In this document: one piece after another, positions 55,597 through 64,000 of the stretch
How the letters are laid out: each line of letters opens with the position of its first letter
Numbering within the stretch: the stretch's first letter is position 1
NCBI GenBank assembly: GCA_049570475.1
Contig: CP186953.1
Coordinates: 928,001 to 992,000, forward strand
DNA from: Candidatus Methanosuratincola verstraetei
GTDB lineage: Archaea > Thermoproteota > Methanomethylicia > Methanomethylicales > Methanomethylicaceae
Length of the DNA: 64,000 nucleotides
Direction: 5' to 3'
Made by a program: the position numbers and the translations under genes
Notes under the pieces: model-generated
What the model saw: only the letters and a program-made list of their open reading frames with translations
Databases searched by the model: none
What the model was told of the DNA's origin: nothing

Positions 55597-57207
55597 ATGA
55601 AGGCTGCTGTGGAGATGGTGCTCAATTCTGGATTCCAGCTATCCCCAGATGCCTTCGAATACCTTGCCTCGAGGCATGATCCCGATCGCCTAGTCGAGGC
55701 AGCCCTCAAAACCATCAAAGGCGCAGGATCTGCCCCCCTGGTATTGGACCGATCTTATTTTGAGTCAATCGAGTCTGCTTCAAAAACAGTTGTTCCGCAT
55801 GATTGCGGGCACATCTCCGCGCCTAGACCAATAAGCTCCCCTGATTTAGTGATTGGTGCAGAATCTGAGCGCCCCATGAAGAGCATAACTAGCTCACGGG
55901 CACTAACCAGTGGGTTACCGTCTTCCAGAAACGGGCAGAATGTTAAGCCCCCTCCCGACTCAAAGCTTTTCGAGGAAGATGGAATCAGGCTCATCTCGGG
56001 TCTTGAGCGAATAACCATAAAGGGGAAGGCGAGCGACTTCAGGGATTACTTCAGGGATCGGCTTGCGTCACTCTCATCGATTCTGCGCTCTAGGGCAGAT
56101 GTCAGCGGAGCGACTACCGCTTCGCATGTACCCGAAGGTCTCAAGTGGCACAAAGTCAAGTTCATCGGAATGGTCAATTCGAAGAAAGAGTTCAGGGACG
56201 GCACTGTGGTGGTCGAGCTTGAGGACGAGGACGGGCTTGTGAAGGTAACCTTCAGGGGAGACGATGCAATAAAGAAGAAGGCTGCCCGGCTACTTGTTGA
56301 TGAAGTCGTGTGCGTTCTCGGCGCGACCAGGAACGGCAGCTCGGTCATAGCAGAGGACGTGATCTGGCCGGACATACCCTACAAGTCAAGAAGCATCCCT
56401 CCCTCTCCTGACCACGCCTATGCAGTGCTTACATCCGATGTCCACATCGGCAGCAAGACTTTCCTGAGGGACGACTTCGAGCGGTTCTTGGGCTGGCTGA
56501 GGGGAGAAACCGATGAACCCAGGCTCAATGAGATCGCGAGCAGGACGAAGTACCTTGTTATTGCCGGAGACCTCGTCGACGGGGTTGGGATATACCCTAA
56601 CCAGGAGGAAGAATTGGATGTCGCAGACCTGTACGATCAGTACAAGATCGCAGCGGAGTACCTGTCCACGCTGCCTGACCGGATCAAGATAATAATAATA
56701 CCAGGGAACCACGACGCCTGTAGACCCACCCTGCCAACCCCCCCAATTTACAGCGACTACGCTGCGCCCCTCTACTCGATGAGGAACGTCCTCATGCTGG
56801 GAGACCCGTCTTTCGTGAACCTCAGCGGTCAGACTTTTCTCCTTACGCATGGCAGGAGCCTCGACGACGTGATCCCATTCCTCCCCGATTGCAACTTCAG
56901 GGAGCCGCAGAGGGCAATGGTCGAGCTCCTCAAGTCCAGGCACATCGCCCCAATATACGGGGAGAAGACCCCCCTTGCACCTGAGCCAAAGGACCGGCTC
57001 GTGATTGACCCCGTCCCAGACATATTCCATGCGGGGCACGTCCATGTGGAGGGGATCGCCGAATACAGGGGAGTGCTGGTGGTCAACTCGGGCACATGGC
57101 AGTCGCAGACCAAGTACCAGCTCTCGGCTGGGATAGTCCCCAAGCCCTCCATAGTGCCAGTAGTCGACCTCGCCACAACGAAAGCTTATGAGTTGAACTT
57201 CACCTAG
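55597..57207 (+). CDS. DNA polymerase D small (exonuclease) subunit DP1
   Basis: OB fold, SD.H.GS, GDLVDG.G.YP.Q, PGNHD, HG.S, RH.AP..G and GHVH motifs. Confidence 0.95.
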   Translation: MKAAVEMVLNSGFQLSPDAFEYLASRHDPDRLVEAALKTIKGAGSAPLVLDRSYFESIESASKTVVPHDCGHISAPRPISSPDLVIGAESERPMKSITSSRALTSGLPSSRNGQNVKPPPDSKLFEEDGIRLISGLERITIKGKASDFRDYFRDRLASLSSILRSRADVSGATTASHVPEGLKWHKVKFIGMVNSKKEFRDGTVVVELEDEDGLVKVTFRGDDAIKKKAARLLVDEVVCVLGATRNGSSVIAEDVIWPDIPYKSRSIPPSPDHAYAVLTSDVHIGSKTFLRDDFERFLGWLRGETDEPRLNEIASRTKYLVIAGDLVDGVGIYPNQEEELDVADLYDQYKIAAEYLSTLPDRIKIIIIPGNHDACRPTLPTPPIYSDYAAPLYSMRNVLMLGDPSFVNLSGQTFLLTHGRSLDDVIPFLPDCNFREPQRAMVELLKSRHIAPIYGEKTPLAPEPKDRLVIDPVPDIFHAGHVHVEGIAEYRGVLVVNSGTWQSQTKYQLSAGIVPKPSIVPVVDLATTKAYELNFT

Positions 57208-57257
57208 TCCATGGCTCCTCTTCGAAAGGCCTGTATCCTGCTCTTGGGGCGCGGTCT

Positions 57258-57800
57258 TTACGAGATCGCTTTCGAGAGCATGCAACACACGCGGAGCGGC
57301 TCCGGGATCTTCCCGAATACCGAAAGGCGTCTCATGGTTCTGAATGCCAACTTGGGGCTGATCCCGTAGCACGCCAGGAAGACCCCCCCAGTGCCTGGAA
57401 TCTCAAATCTCTGCGGTCCCAGCGGTCTACTAAGAACCTCGAGCCTCCTCCTCCAGTCGGGGAAGTGCTTTCTCAATGCCCTCTCGACTGCCACGCTGTC
57501 CGGCTCCTCCTCGAGCACGAATACCGATGGCACTCCCGTGGTCTTTAAAATTTCCTCGGGGTCTATCAGGTTGAATCCGGCAACCGGGACGCTCCTCGAG
57601 AGGAGTACCTCGATCTCCCACTTGCTGCTTACTATGGCTCCGACTATCTTTTCGGTGGCGTCCATCCCGTCAATTTCGACGTCTGAAACTCTGACTTCTA
57701 CAGGCCTGATCCCTGCTGCAGTGAGGAGCACGAGCGGGGTCGTGCCCTTTTTGAAAGGGGGGATCTTACCGCCGCAGACCGAGATCGAGATGTCCCCCAC
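57258..57800 (-). CDS. DUF99 / endonuclease V-like protein
   Basis: IDG.DATE, AGFN.ID, P.......AL.KHF and PEPLR motifs. Confidence 0.8.
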   Translation of the reverse strand: MGDISISVCGGKIPPFKKGTTPLVLLTAAGIRPVEVRVSDVEIDGMDATEKIVGAIVSSKWEIEVLLSRSVPVAGFNLIDPEEILKTTGVPSVFVLEEEPDSVAVERALRKHFPDWRRRLEVLSRPLGPQRFEIPGTGGVFLACYGISPKLAFRTMRRLSVFGKIPEPLRVCCMLSKAIS

Positions 57801-57916
57801 CGTAAACCCCCCTTCAGACTCTCTTGGGATAACCAGCCAATTATGAAGTGATCTTTTTCGATAATCAGCCTTTCGGACCAGGGCGATTCCGTCGATGGCG
57901 ACCTAGCCCATTCCAC

Positions 57917-59119
57917 TTACTTGCTAACAAGGTCGCCGAGCCGCGGGTCGTCCTGGAGCGCTTCCTTCAAGTTCTTCGCGGAGATGCTGAGGCTTACAAC
58001 CTTCGTTCTGCCGTACCTGCCCTTGCTCACGACCTTGGCGTTAGCTATCCCCAGCATGTCCAGCTCGTTGATCAGGTCACTAATCCTCCTCTGCGTGAGC
58101 GGCTCGAGGCCCATGCTCTTTGCTACTTTGCTGTATAGGTCGTAGAGCTCCCCTGTCGATCCGCCCTTCGACGCTCCATTGCCCAGGAGGTTCAGGCTCA
58201 GGATTAATATCTTAGAGTGGAGGGGCATCGTCCTGATCACCTCGACCACCCTGTCCTTCTCAATCTCTTTTTGGGCCATCCTGACGTGGTCTTCAGTAAC
58301 CTTTGTATCCCCGTTTCTCTCTGCTATCTCGCCCGAGATTCTGAGAAGATCGAGAGCCCTCCTGGCGTCGCCGTGCTCCTTCGCAGCCAGAGCGGAGCAG
58401 AGCTTGATCACGCTCCCCTCTATGACGTTTTTGTTGAATGCGAGGCTAGCCCTCCTGCTGAGTATGTCCTCCAGCTCTGAGGCGTCGTAGGGGGGGAAGA
58501 CGAGCTCCTCCTCTCCCAGGCTGCTCCTTACCCTTGGGTCCAGGTACTCCATGAACTTGAGATCATTCGTTATCCCGACTATCGAGATCCTGGTCCTGCT
58601 CAGCCTCTGGTTTATCCTCGTGAGGTCGTATAGCGCTTTGTCCCCCGTCTTCTTGACAAGCGCGTCCACCTCGTCCAGGACTGCGAAGATCATCCTTTCG
58701 GACGAATCGACGATTTTAACGAACCTTCTGAAGACCTCTGAGGTCGAGAGCCCCGTAAAAGGGATCCTCTCCCCCACGGACTCGCAAAGGTCAGCCAAGA
58801 CCCTGTAATTCGTGTCGTCATGCTTGCAATTTATGTAGGCAACCCCAAGATTGACCCCAATCTTCATGCCCTCGTCCTCGATCTTCTTCAGCACATACTT
58901 CGTGACTGCGGTCTTCCCAGTCCCTGGGACTCCATAGATGAAGATGTTTGAGGGCCTGGAACCCTTCAGAGAGGGCGCAAGGATCTCCGCGAGCTTGAGT
59001 ATCTGCTCCTCCCTGTGCGGCAAGTCGTTCGGTATGTAGTCCGGCCTCATCATCTCCCTGTTGGCAAAGATCTTTGCGCTCAGCACTCTGCTGAAAAGGC
59101 TGTCTAAGGGGTCCGTCAT
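57917..59119 (-). CDS. cdc6: Orc1/Cdc6 replication initiator
   Basis: LPHRE, G..GTGKT, LDEVD, RV.SSL, FPPY, GDARRALD and GRYGRT motifs; ATG 59119. Confidence 0.97.
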   Translation of the reverse strand: MTDPLDSLFSRVLSAKIFANREMMRPDYIPNDLPHREEQILKLAEILAPSLKGSRPSNIFIYGVPGTGKTAVTKYVLKKIEDEGMKIGVNLGVAYINCKHDDTNYRVLADLCESVGERIPFTGLSTSEVFRRFVKIVDSSERMIFAVLDEVDALVKKTGDKALYDLTRINQRLSRTRISIVGITNDLKFMEYLDPRVRSSLGEEELVFPPYDASELEDILSRRASLAFNKNVIEGSVIKLCSALAAKEHGDARRALDLLRISGEIAERNGDTKVTEDHVRMAQKEIEKDRVVEVIRTMPLHSKILILSLNLLGNGASKGGSTGELYDLYSKVAKSMGLEPLTQRRISDLINELDMLGIANAKVVSKGRYGRTKVVSLSISAKNLKEALQDDPRLGDLVSK

Positions 59120-59155
59120 GGTGGTCTCTCCAGGGGATGCATTTGAATTAGTGGA

Positions 59156-59180
59156 TCCAGTAGAAATATAAGCTCTTTCC
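59156..59180. promoter_or_regulatory. Mini-ORB-like site overlapping the putative cdc6 TATA/BRE
   Basis: TCCAGTAGAAAT at 59156-59167; the minus strand reads GGAAAGAGC-TTATATTT about 45 nt before the cdc6 ATG. Confidence 0.5.
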
Positions 59181-59465
59181 AGATCTGTTCCATGGACCAA
59201 AGTGCCCTTTTTGTTGCAAATCCTGCTCCCCCATGGCACTTGGTTGGGCGGGGCTTTTACATCCTGGTTTAAATTTTGCGCCAGCCAAAATTCCTTTTTC
59301 GCCCCGATCAAGATCGATCCTTCAGTGCGGCTAGTGCTGACTCATGCAACGACTCGCCCGCAATTCCAGACCGCCCGATCCACGAGGGATAACGGAAGTC
59401 GGCAGCAGGGTTTTTAATAACCTAGGGGTCTACCCGTAATCATCTATTCTGCCTCGGGCTGGTGA

Positions 59466-60614
59466 ATGCGTACCTTGATCTCTCAGGTGTGGCGTGTCAA
59501 CCTTGCGACAATGCTCTTCTTCACCATGATCCAGGTGGTCGTCCCGCTCATACCCCGGTACGCGCTGACCGTCTCCGCATCGCCTTTCCTGATAGGTTTA
59601 GCCGTGTCCGCAATCTCCATCACTGCGATCTTTCTCCGTCCGATCTCCGGTTTCCTGAGCGACTCTTGGGCAAGGTCAAAACTGATGGCGATTGGGCTTG
59701 CCTTTGGATCAGCCGCCTACCTTGTGCTGTTCCTCTCTGCCGATATCTACCAAATAATGATCGGAAGGATCCTCGAGGGGGCGGGTGTTGCCCTATTTGT
59801 GCCTTCGTCGATGGCGAGTGCGGTGGACCAGGCTCCAGAGGGCAAGGTAGGGGAGACCCTAGGGTGGAGGAGCCTGATGATCGGTCTTGGTTTCACAATT
59901 GGCCCAGCACTTGGCGGTCTTCTTGCCGAAGCCTTCGGCTACACAACGACATTCGGGATAACTTCTGTGTTGATCCTATTCCTGTTGCCCCTAGTCCTCT
60001 ACAGGGAGCCCAGGAAGGAGCGGGCAGCTTTCTCGGTCTCGATCAGGGGTCTTTTGGAGAGGCACTTTGTTGTAGCTTTCGTGAGCCTTGTCGTCTACGC
60101 AATAGCTTGGATGGGCCTACTCACCTTCCTGTCGGCTTACCTCAAGATAATTGGATATGGCGATCTCCAGATCGGGCTCTTCGTCAGCATCCAGGCGGTC
60201 TCGAGCCTCGCCCTGAGGATATTTGCGGGGCGGGCTGCCGACAAGAACCCCGCACTAATGACATACGTCGGGCTCTTCCTGATCTCATTTGCCTTCCTGC
60301 TCATAGCGCTGAATCAGGAGGCGATCCAGCTCTACATCGACGCAGTGATCTTCGGTCTTGGAATAGGCATCTTCGTGCCAGGATCGCAGACCCTCGCTCT
60401 CGCACATGCGCACGCAGGCAGCAGGGGTTTTCTCTCGAGCATATATACGATGGGGATGGATGTTGGGAACATGGTGGGCCCGCTGATGTTCGGGGCTGTG
60501 ATCCAGGCATCCGGCAGCTACCCTGATTCATTCCTAATCTCTCCCGTTCTTACTTTTGCTGCGGCGCTTGTGGTTCTGGTCCCGGAACGGATGGGTAGGC
60601 TGAAGGATAATTAG
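59466..60614 (+). CDS. MFS transporter
   Basis: 12 TM helices; G.LSD...R, GR..EG.G and GP.LGG motifs. Confidence 0.92.
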   Translation: MRTLISQVWRVNLATMLFFTMIQVVVPLIPRYALTVSASPFLIGLAVSAISITAIFLRPISGFLSDSWARSKLMAIGLAFGSAAYLVLFLSADIYQIMIGRILEGAGVALFVPSSMASAVDQAPEGKVGETLGWRSLMIGLGFTIGPALGGLLAEAFGYTTTFGITSVLILFLLPLVLYREPRKERAAFSVSIRGLLERHFVVAFVSLVVYAIAWMGLLTFLSAYLKIIGYGDLQIGLFVSIQAVSSLALRIFAGRAADKNPALMTYVGLFLISFAFLLIALNQEAIQLYIDAVIFGLGIGIFVPGSQTLALAHAHAGSRGFLSSIYTMGMDVGNMVGPLMFGAVIQASGSYPDSFLISPVLTFAAALVVLVPERMGRLKDN

Positions 60615-60653
60615 ATTTATACCACCTGCCCCTCCTGATAAACAGGGCTCCAG

Positions 60654-61988
60654 ATGCTGACACTCCATTACGGAAAAGGCACAATTCTATCAGGGAATAT
60701 CCGGGTGCCGCACTCGAGTTGGGATCCCGCTGCAAAATCATACCGTTGCCTGGCCATTCACTACCCAGAAATCACTAGATACCTGCGTGAAAGCGGAATC
60801 CGCTTTCAGGACAGTGTTATGGATCCGCTGCCCCACCCTGATTTCAGGACCGAAATCATCCCGAAGAGCTACCAACTTGAGGCACTAGACGCCTGGCTGG
60901 AGGCGGGTATGCGCGGCGTGGTGGTCCTACCCACCGGGTCTGGTAAGACCGTTCTTGGATTGCTGGCGATCCAGGAGGCAAACTGCCCTTCGATGGTGGT
61001 GGTCCCCACGATCGACCTAATGGACCAGTGGAGGACCAGGCTCTCCGAAGCTTTCCGATCGGAGGTGGGCGCATACGGCGGGGGAGAGGCAGACCTCAGG
61101 CCACTTACGGTGGCTACATATGACACAGCCTACCTCCGAGCCGAGGAACTCGGAAACAGGTTCCCTCTTATCATATTCGATGAAGTCCACCACCTCGCAT
61201 CGCCAGGTTACTCCCAGATAGCCGAGCTCTACGCCTCCCCATACAGGATGGGGCTGACCGCGACCTATGAGCGGGAGGACGGTCTGCACAGCAGGCTCCC
61301 TGACCTTGTCGGCCCGAAGGTCTACGAGAAGAGAGTATCGGACATGGCTGGAATCCACCTCGCCAACTTCCGGATCGAGCGGATCCATGTCGACCTCCCC
61401 TGCGATGAGGCCGAGGAATATGCGCGTGCGATGGGCGTCTACAGGGGATTCTTGAGGAGTAGGGGATTGAGGATGCGCTCGCCCGAGGACTTCAGGCGCC
61501 TGGTGATGATGAGCGGGCGGGATCCGGAGGCAAGAGAAGCGATGCTCTCGAGGATGAAAGCAATGGAAATTGCCCTCAACTCCAACTCTAAGATAAATGC
61601 ACTAAGGGAAATCCTTGAAAAGAACCGAGGCGAGCGGACCCTCATCTTCACCCACCACAACTCGCTCGTTTATGAGATTAGCAAAGCCTTCCTCATCCCT
61701 GCAATAACGCACGAGACGCCTAAGGAAGAGAGGGCGAGGATCCTCAGGAAGTTTAGGGAGGGCGCCTACAGCACCATAGTAACCTCCCGGGTCTTGGACG
61801 AGGGCATCGACGTGCCGGAGGCGTCCCTGGGGATAATACTGAGCGGGACAGGTTCGAAGAGGGAGTTCGTCCAGCGTCTGGGCAGGCTCTTGAGGAAGAG
61901 CGGCGACAAGGAGGCGAGGCTGATCGAGGTTGTTTCAAGGCTCACCGACGAGTCTAGGATAAGCAGCAGGCGGAGGCACGGCGTCTGA
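60654..61988 (+). CDS. xpb: XPB/Rad25 helicase
   Basis: YQ, LPTGSGKT, DEVHH, LTAT..RED and QR.GR..R motifs. Confidence 0.94.
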   Translation: MLTLHYGKGTILSGNIRVPHSSWDPAAKSYRCLAIHYPEITRYLRESGIRFQDSVMDPLPHPDFRTEIIPKSYQLEALDAWLEAGMRGVVVLPTGSGKTVLGLLAIQEANCPSMVVVPTIDLMDQWRTRLSEAFRSEVGAYGGGEADLRPLTVATYDTAYLRAEELGNRFPLIIFDEVHHLASPGYSQIAELYASPYRMGLTATYEREDGLHSRLPDLVGPKVYEKRVSDMAGIHLANFRIERIHVDLPCDEAEEYARAMGVYRGFLRSRGLRMRSPEDFRRLVMMSGRDPEAREAMLSRMKAMEIALNSNSKINALREILEKNRGERTLIFTHHNSLVYEISKAFLIPAITHETPKEERARILRKFREGAYSTIVTSRVLDEGIDVPEASLGIILSGTGSKREFVQRLGRLLRKSGDKEARLIEVVSRLTDESRISSRRRHGV

Positions 61989-63520
61989 TGCTCCCTTCCG
62001 AATTGCTGGTGGCGAGGATCAAGGGAGGGGTGATTTGCCCTGGATACCTCAGCCCTGATGGAGCGGACGGGGCTCTCGCAGCACGCCTCATCTCGATCTA
62101 CTCGAAGAGCCTGGGAAAGAAGAAAGCCGAGATCTCAGGCGCAGCCAAAAAGATCGAGTCCGAGGGTAACGATTTCAGAGTGGTAAGGGGGCTCTGCGCC
62201 CTCCTAGACAGGCTCTCAGTCTTCGAGGTCAGGAGCCCAGTCGACCCCCAGGCACTCAGGGAAAGCCTGTTCGCCCGCGGGGCGCCGGTCCTTGACGAGG
62301 TGGGGCGCCGAGAGGTGCTGGGGGATGCTGCTGCGAGGTTCAGGATTAAACCAGATGAGATACTGCGTTACATCTGGGCAGACCTGCCCGACGAGAGGGT
62401 CTTGGCCTCTTTCTCTGCGCCTTCGCCCGATGAGCTGATCGCCTCGTACAACCTCTCTCTGACCCAGACGCTATTGTTTCGGGCCACCTTTCTCGAGGTC
62501 TCGGCGAAAGGAAATCTGCGTCCGATATTCGGAGGAGTCAAGCGCCTTGGACTGATGTATTCGATCAGGGCGGCGGACGGGAACTCGGCATCAATATCAA
62601 TAGAGGGTCCAGCCTCGATGCTTAAGCTGACCGAGAGGTATGGGACATCACTCGCAAAGTTACTCCCGAAGGTCTTGGAATCGGAAGAATGGGAGATCCA
62701 TGCGCAGATCTCTAGGGGATCATTCGGAAAGAAACGGCTGCTCGACTTCCGCCTGAGCTCATCAGACGGGATCCCCTTCCCGGAGGTCCCAAGACAGGAC
62801 GAGGGGTACGACAGCTCTGTGGAGGAATCTTTCGCGAGGCGTTTCAGGGCATTGGAGACCCGGTGGGTCCTCCTTCGTGAACCAGGACTGATATCAACGC
62901 CGGCTGGGATCCTGATACCGGACTTTGCGTTCGAACTGGGCGGGCGGAGGATCTACCTTGAGATTGTCGGCTTTTGGACTCCGGAGTATCTCGAGAAGAA
63001 GATCTCGAAGCTGAACTCCCTGCCTCCTGGGATCGAATTCATAATCGCGGTGAACCGGTCGCTGGCTTCTGCCGACCGTTTCCGGAGATCGGGGAAGAAC
63101 ATCGTGGAGTTCGATGACGAAGTCCCGCTCAGGCCTATTCTTGGCATCCTCGAGGAGGTCGAGAGGTCTGCCTCAAAGGATAGTGAAAAAAAGCTGCGGG
63201 GCCTAAAGATCGAGCCAAAATCTGACGTGGTCGATCTGGCTGAAATTGCTGCGAGGCTGGGGGTCCCCTGCGATGCATTGGTGGGGGCGATTGCAGAATC
63301 GCCTCCCAAGGGATACTCGCTAGCAGGGGAGTACCTGATCTCGGAGCGGACGGTCAGCGAGTTGCACAGAACACTGTCGACAGAGAGAAACCTTGGTGCG
63401 ATCGAAGAGAGATTCAGGGCATTCGGGATCAAGAATGCGATTCCTGTATTGACCAAGCTCGGATATTACGTCAGGTGGACTGGCTTGTCGCCTGGATCAG
63501 CCGAAGTCCAGAAAAAGTGA
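61988..63520 (+). CDS. bax1: Bax1 nuclease (DUF790)
   Basis: MLP.ELL, YN..L.QTLL, K..GLM, DS.VE..F, REP, IPDF and EIVGFWT..YL motifs; coupled to xpb. Confidence 0.93.
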   Translation: MLPSELLVARIKGGVICPGYLSPDGADGALAARLISIYSKSLGKKKAEISGAAKKIESEGNDFRVVRGLCALLDRLSVFEVRSPVDPQALRESLFARGAPVLDEVGRREVLGDAAARFRIKPDEILRYIWADLPDERVLASFSAPSPDELIASYNLSLTQTLLFRATFLEVSAKGNLRPIFGGVKRLGLMYSIRAADGNSASISIEGPASMLKLTERYGTSLAKLLPKVLESEEWEIHAQISRGSFGKKRLLDFRLSSSDGIPFPEVPRQDEGYDSSVEESFARRFRALETRWVLLREPGLISTPAGILIPDFAFELGGRRIYLEIVGFWTPEYLEKKISKLNSLPPGIEFIIAVNRSLASADRFRRSGKNIVEFDDEVPLRPILGILEEVERSASKDSEKKLRGLKIEPKSDVVDLAEIAARLGVPCDALVGAIAESPPKGYSLAGEYLISERTVSELHRTLSTERNLGAIEERFRAFGIKNAIPVLTKLGYYVRWTGLSPGSAEVQKK

Positions 63521-63536
63521 TTCCACTCCGAGAGAC

Positions 63537-63631
63537 TGGTGCTCTGGCCGGGATTTGAACCCGGGTCACTGGCTCTCTTCGCCAAAAGGCACGAAAGGCC
63601 AGTATACTTGACCGGACTATACGACCAGAGC
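63537..63631 (-). tRNA. tRNA-Glu(TTC) with 17-nt intron at 37/38 (63585-63601)
   Basis: Cloverleaf, clean BHB (CTTT/GAAG helix) and ACCA end. Confidence 0.94.
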
Positions 63632-63750
63632 ATCGTCGCACTAAATTCTCTGTAGCCTTTAATAATTTTTCCTCCCCCGCCTTCAGGTGCCGAAAACTTA
63701 TCAGGTCCAGAAAAAAGTTAATAGTGTAGTCAGGAATGAAATCAATAGTT

Positions 63751-63838
63751 GCGGGGGTCGCCAAGTCAGGTTAAAGGCGCAGGGCTTAGGACCCTGTGGC
63801 GAAGGCCTTCGTGGGTTCGAATCCCACTCCCCGCACCA
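63751..63838 (+). tRNA. tRNA-Leu(TAG), intronless, CCA encoded
   Basis: CAGGG-CT-TAG-GA-CCCTG anticodon arm, long variable arm and GGTTCGAATCC. Confidence 0.96.
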
Positions 63839-64000
63839 AAAACACAGAATCTGCAAATACAGCCTGAGCCGAGGCAGTCTTTTGGGGGCTCAGGAGAGTA
63901 GGCTCCAATGCAAGAAATGTTGATCTTGGTAAGCGCTAATTATTCTCAGGGAGAGCTTTTTCCTTCAGATATTCTGGCGCCCTTCTCTAGAAACTTCCCG

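Noticed and set aside
56386-57372. 328-aa antisense ORF over DP1, and the many other shadow ORFs such as 59462-60526, 53685-54428 and 37944-38639
   Set aside because: They lie antisense or out of frame to well-supported genes, carry no motifs and are expected at this GC content.
60654-63520. Helicase-nuclease pair as a defence system
   Set aside because: It matches the well-known archaeal XPB-Bax1 repair pair.
49522-63838. Identical 3' halves of the two tRNA-Leu genes as att sites of an integrated element
   Set aside because: Both are complete isoacceptor genes in opposite orientation, the DNA between them is housekeeping, and there is no integrase.
1-64000. CRISPR arrays, transposases, integrases, inteins
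   Set aside because: I saw no regularly spaced repeats or recombinase motifs, and TopA, Cdc6, DP1 and IleRS are of normal length.

Overview
Gene-dense archaeal chromosome segment, mostly core genes. Its likely source is a methyl-reducing TACK archaeon such as Methanomethylicia/Verstraetearchaeota. This is an inference from PoK/PPS CoA genes, AglB, aIF2a, PriSL/GINS/PCNA, PolD DP1, class I LysRS, an IleRS with a crenarchaeal-type xMHKS motif, and an MtsA/MtsB-like methyltransferase pair. The core content covers CoA synthesis, argGH, topA, ileS, a long informational superoperon (nop10 to eif5A), nadK-nob1, lysS, speD/speE, DP1, cdc6, XPB-Bax1 and four tRNAs (three with BHB introns). Two accessory-looking blocks stand out. 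Block 1 (about 33.4-39.6 kb) holds a heliorhodopsin, a DUF6951-like gene, a coupled pair of an NHLP-leader-like protein and a tandem TULIP-like protein with an Ada-type Zn finger, and MtsAB-like genes. Block 2 (about 42.7-49.4 kb) holds a tightly linked run of a glutaredoxin-like protein, an unannotated 56-aa Cys-rich protein, a two-domain GNAT and a CysRS homologue lacking the anticodon domain, followed by an SSS transporter, paaK and a CPBP pseudogene. The best candidate for an undescribed system is the CysRS-paralogue operon. Its parts list parallels mycothiol MshC/MshD/mycoredoxin and may make a new archaeal low-molecular-weight thiol. All family calls are by-eye motif recognition and no searches were run.
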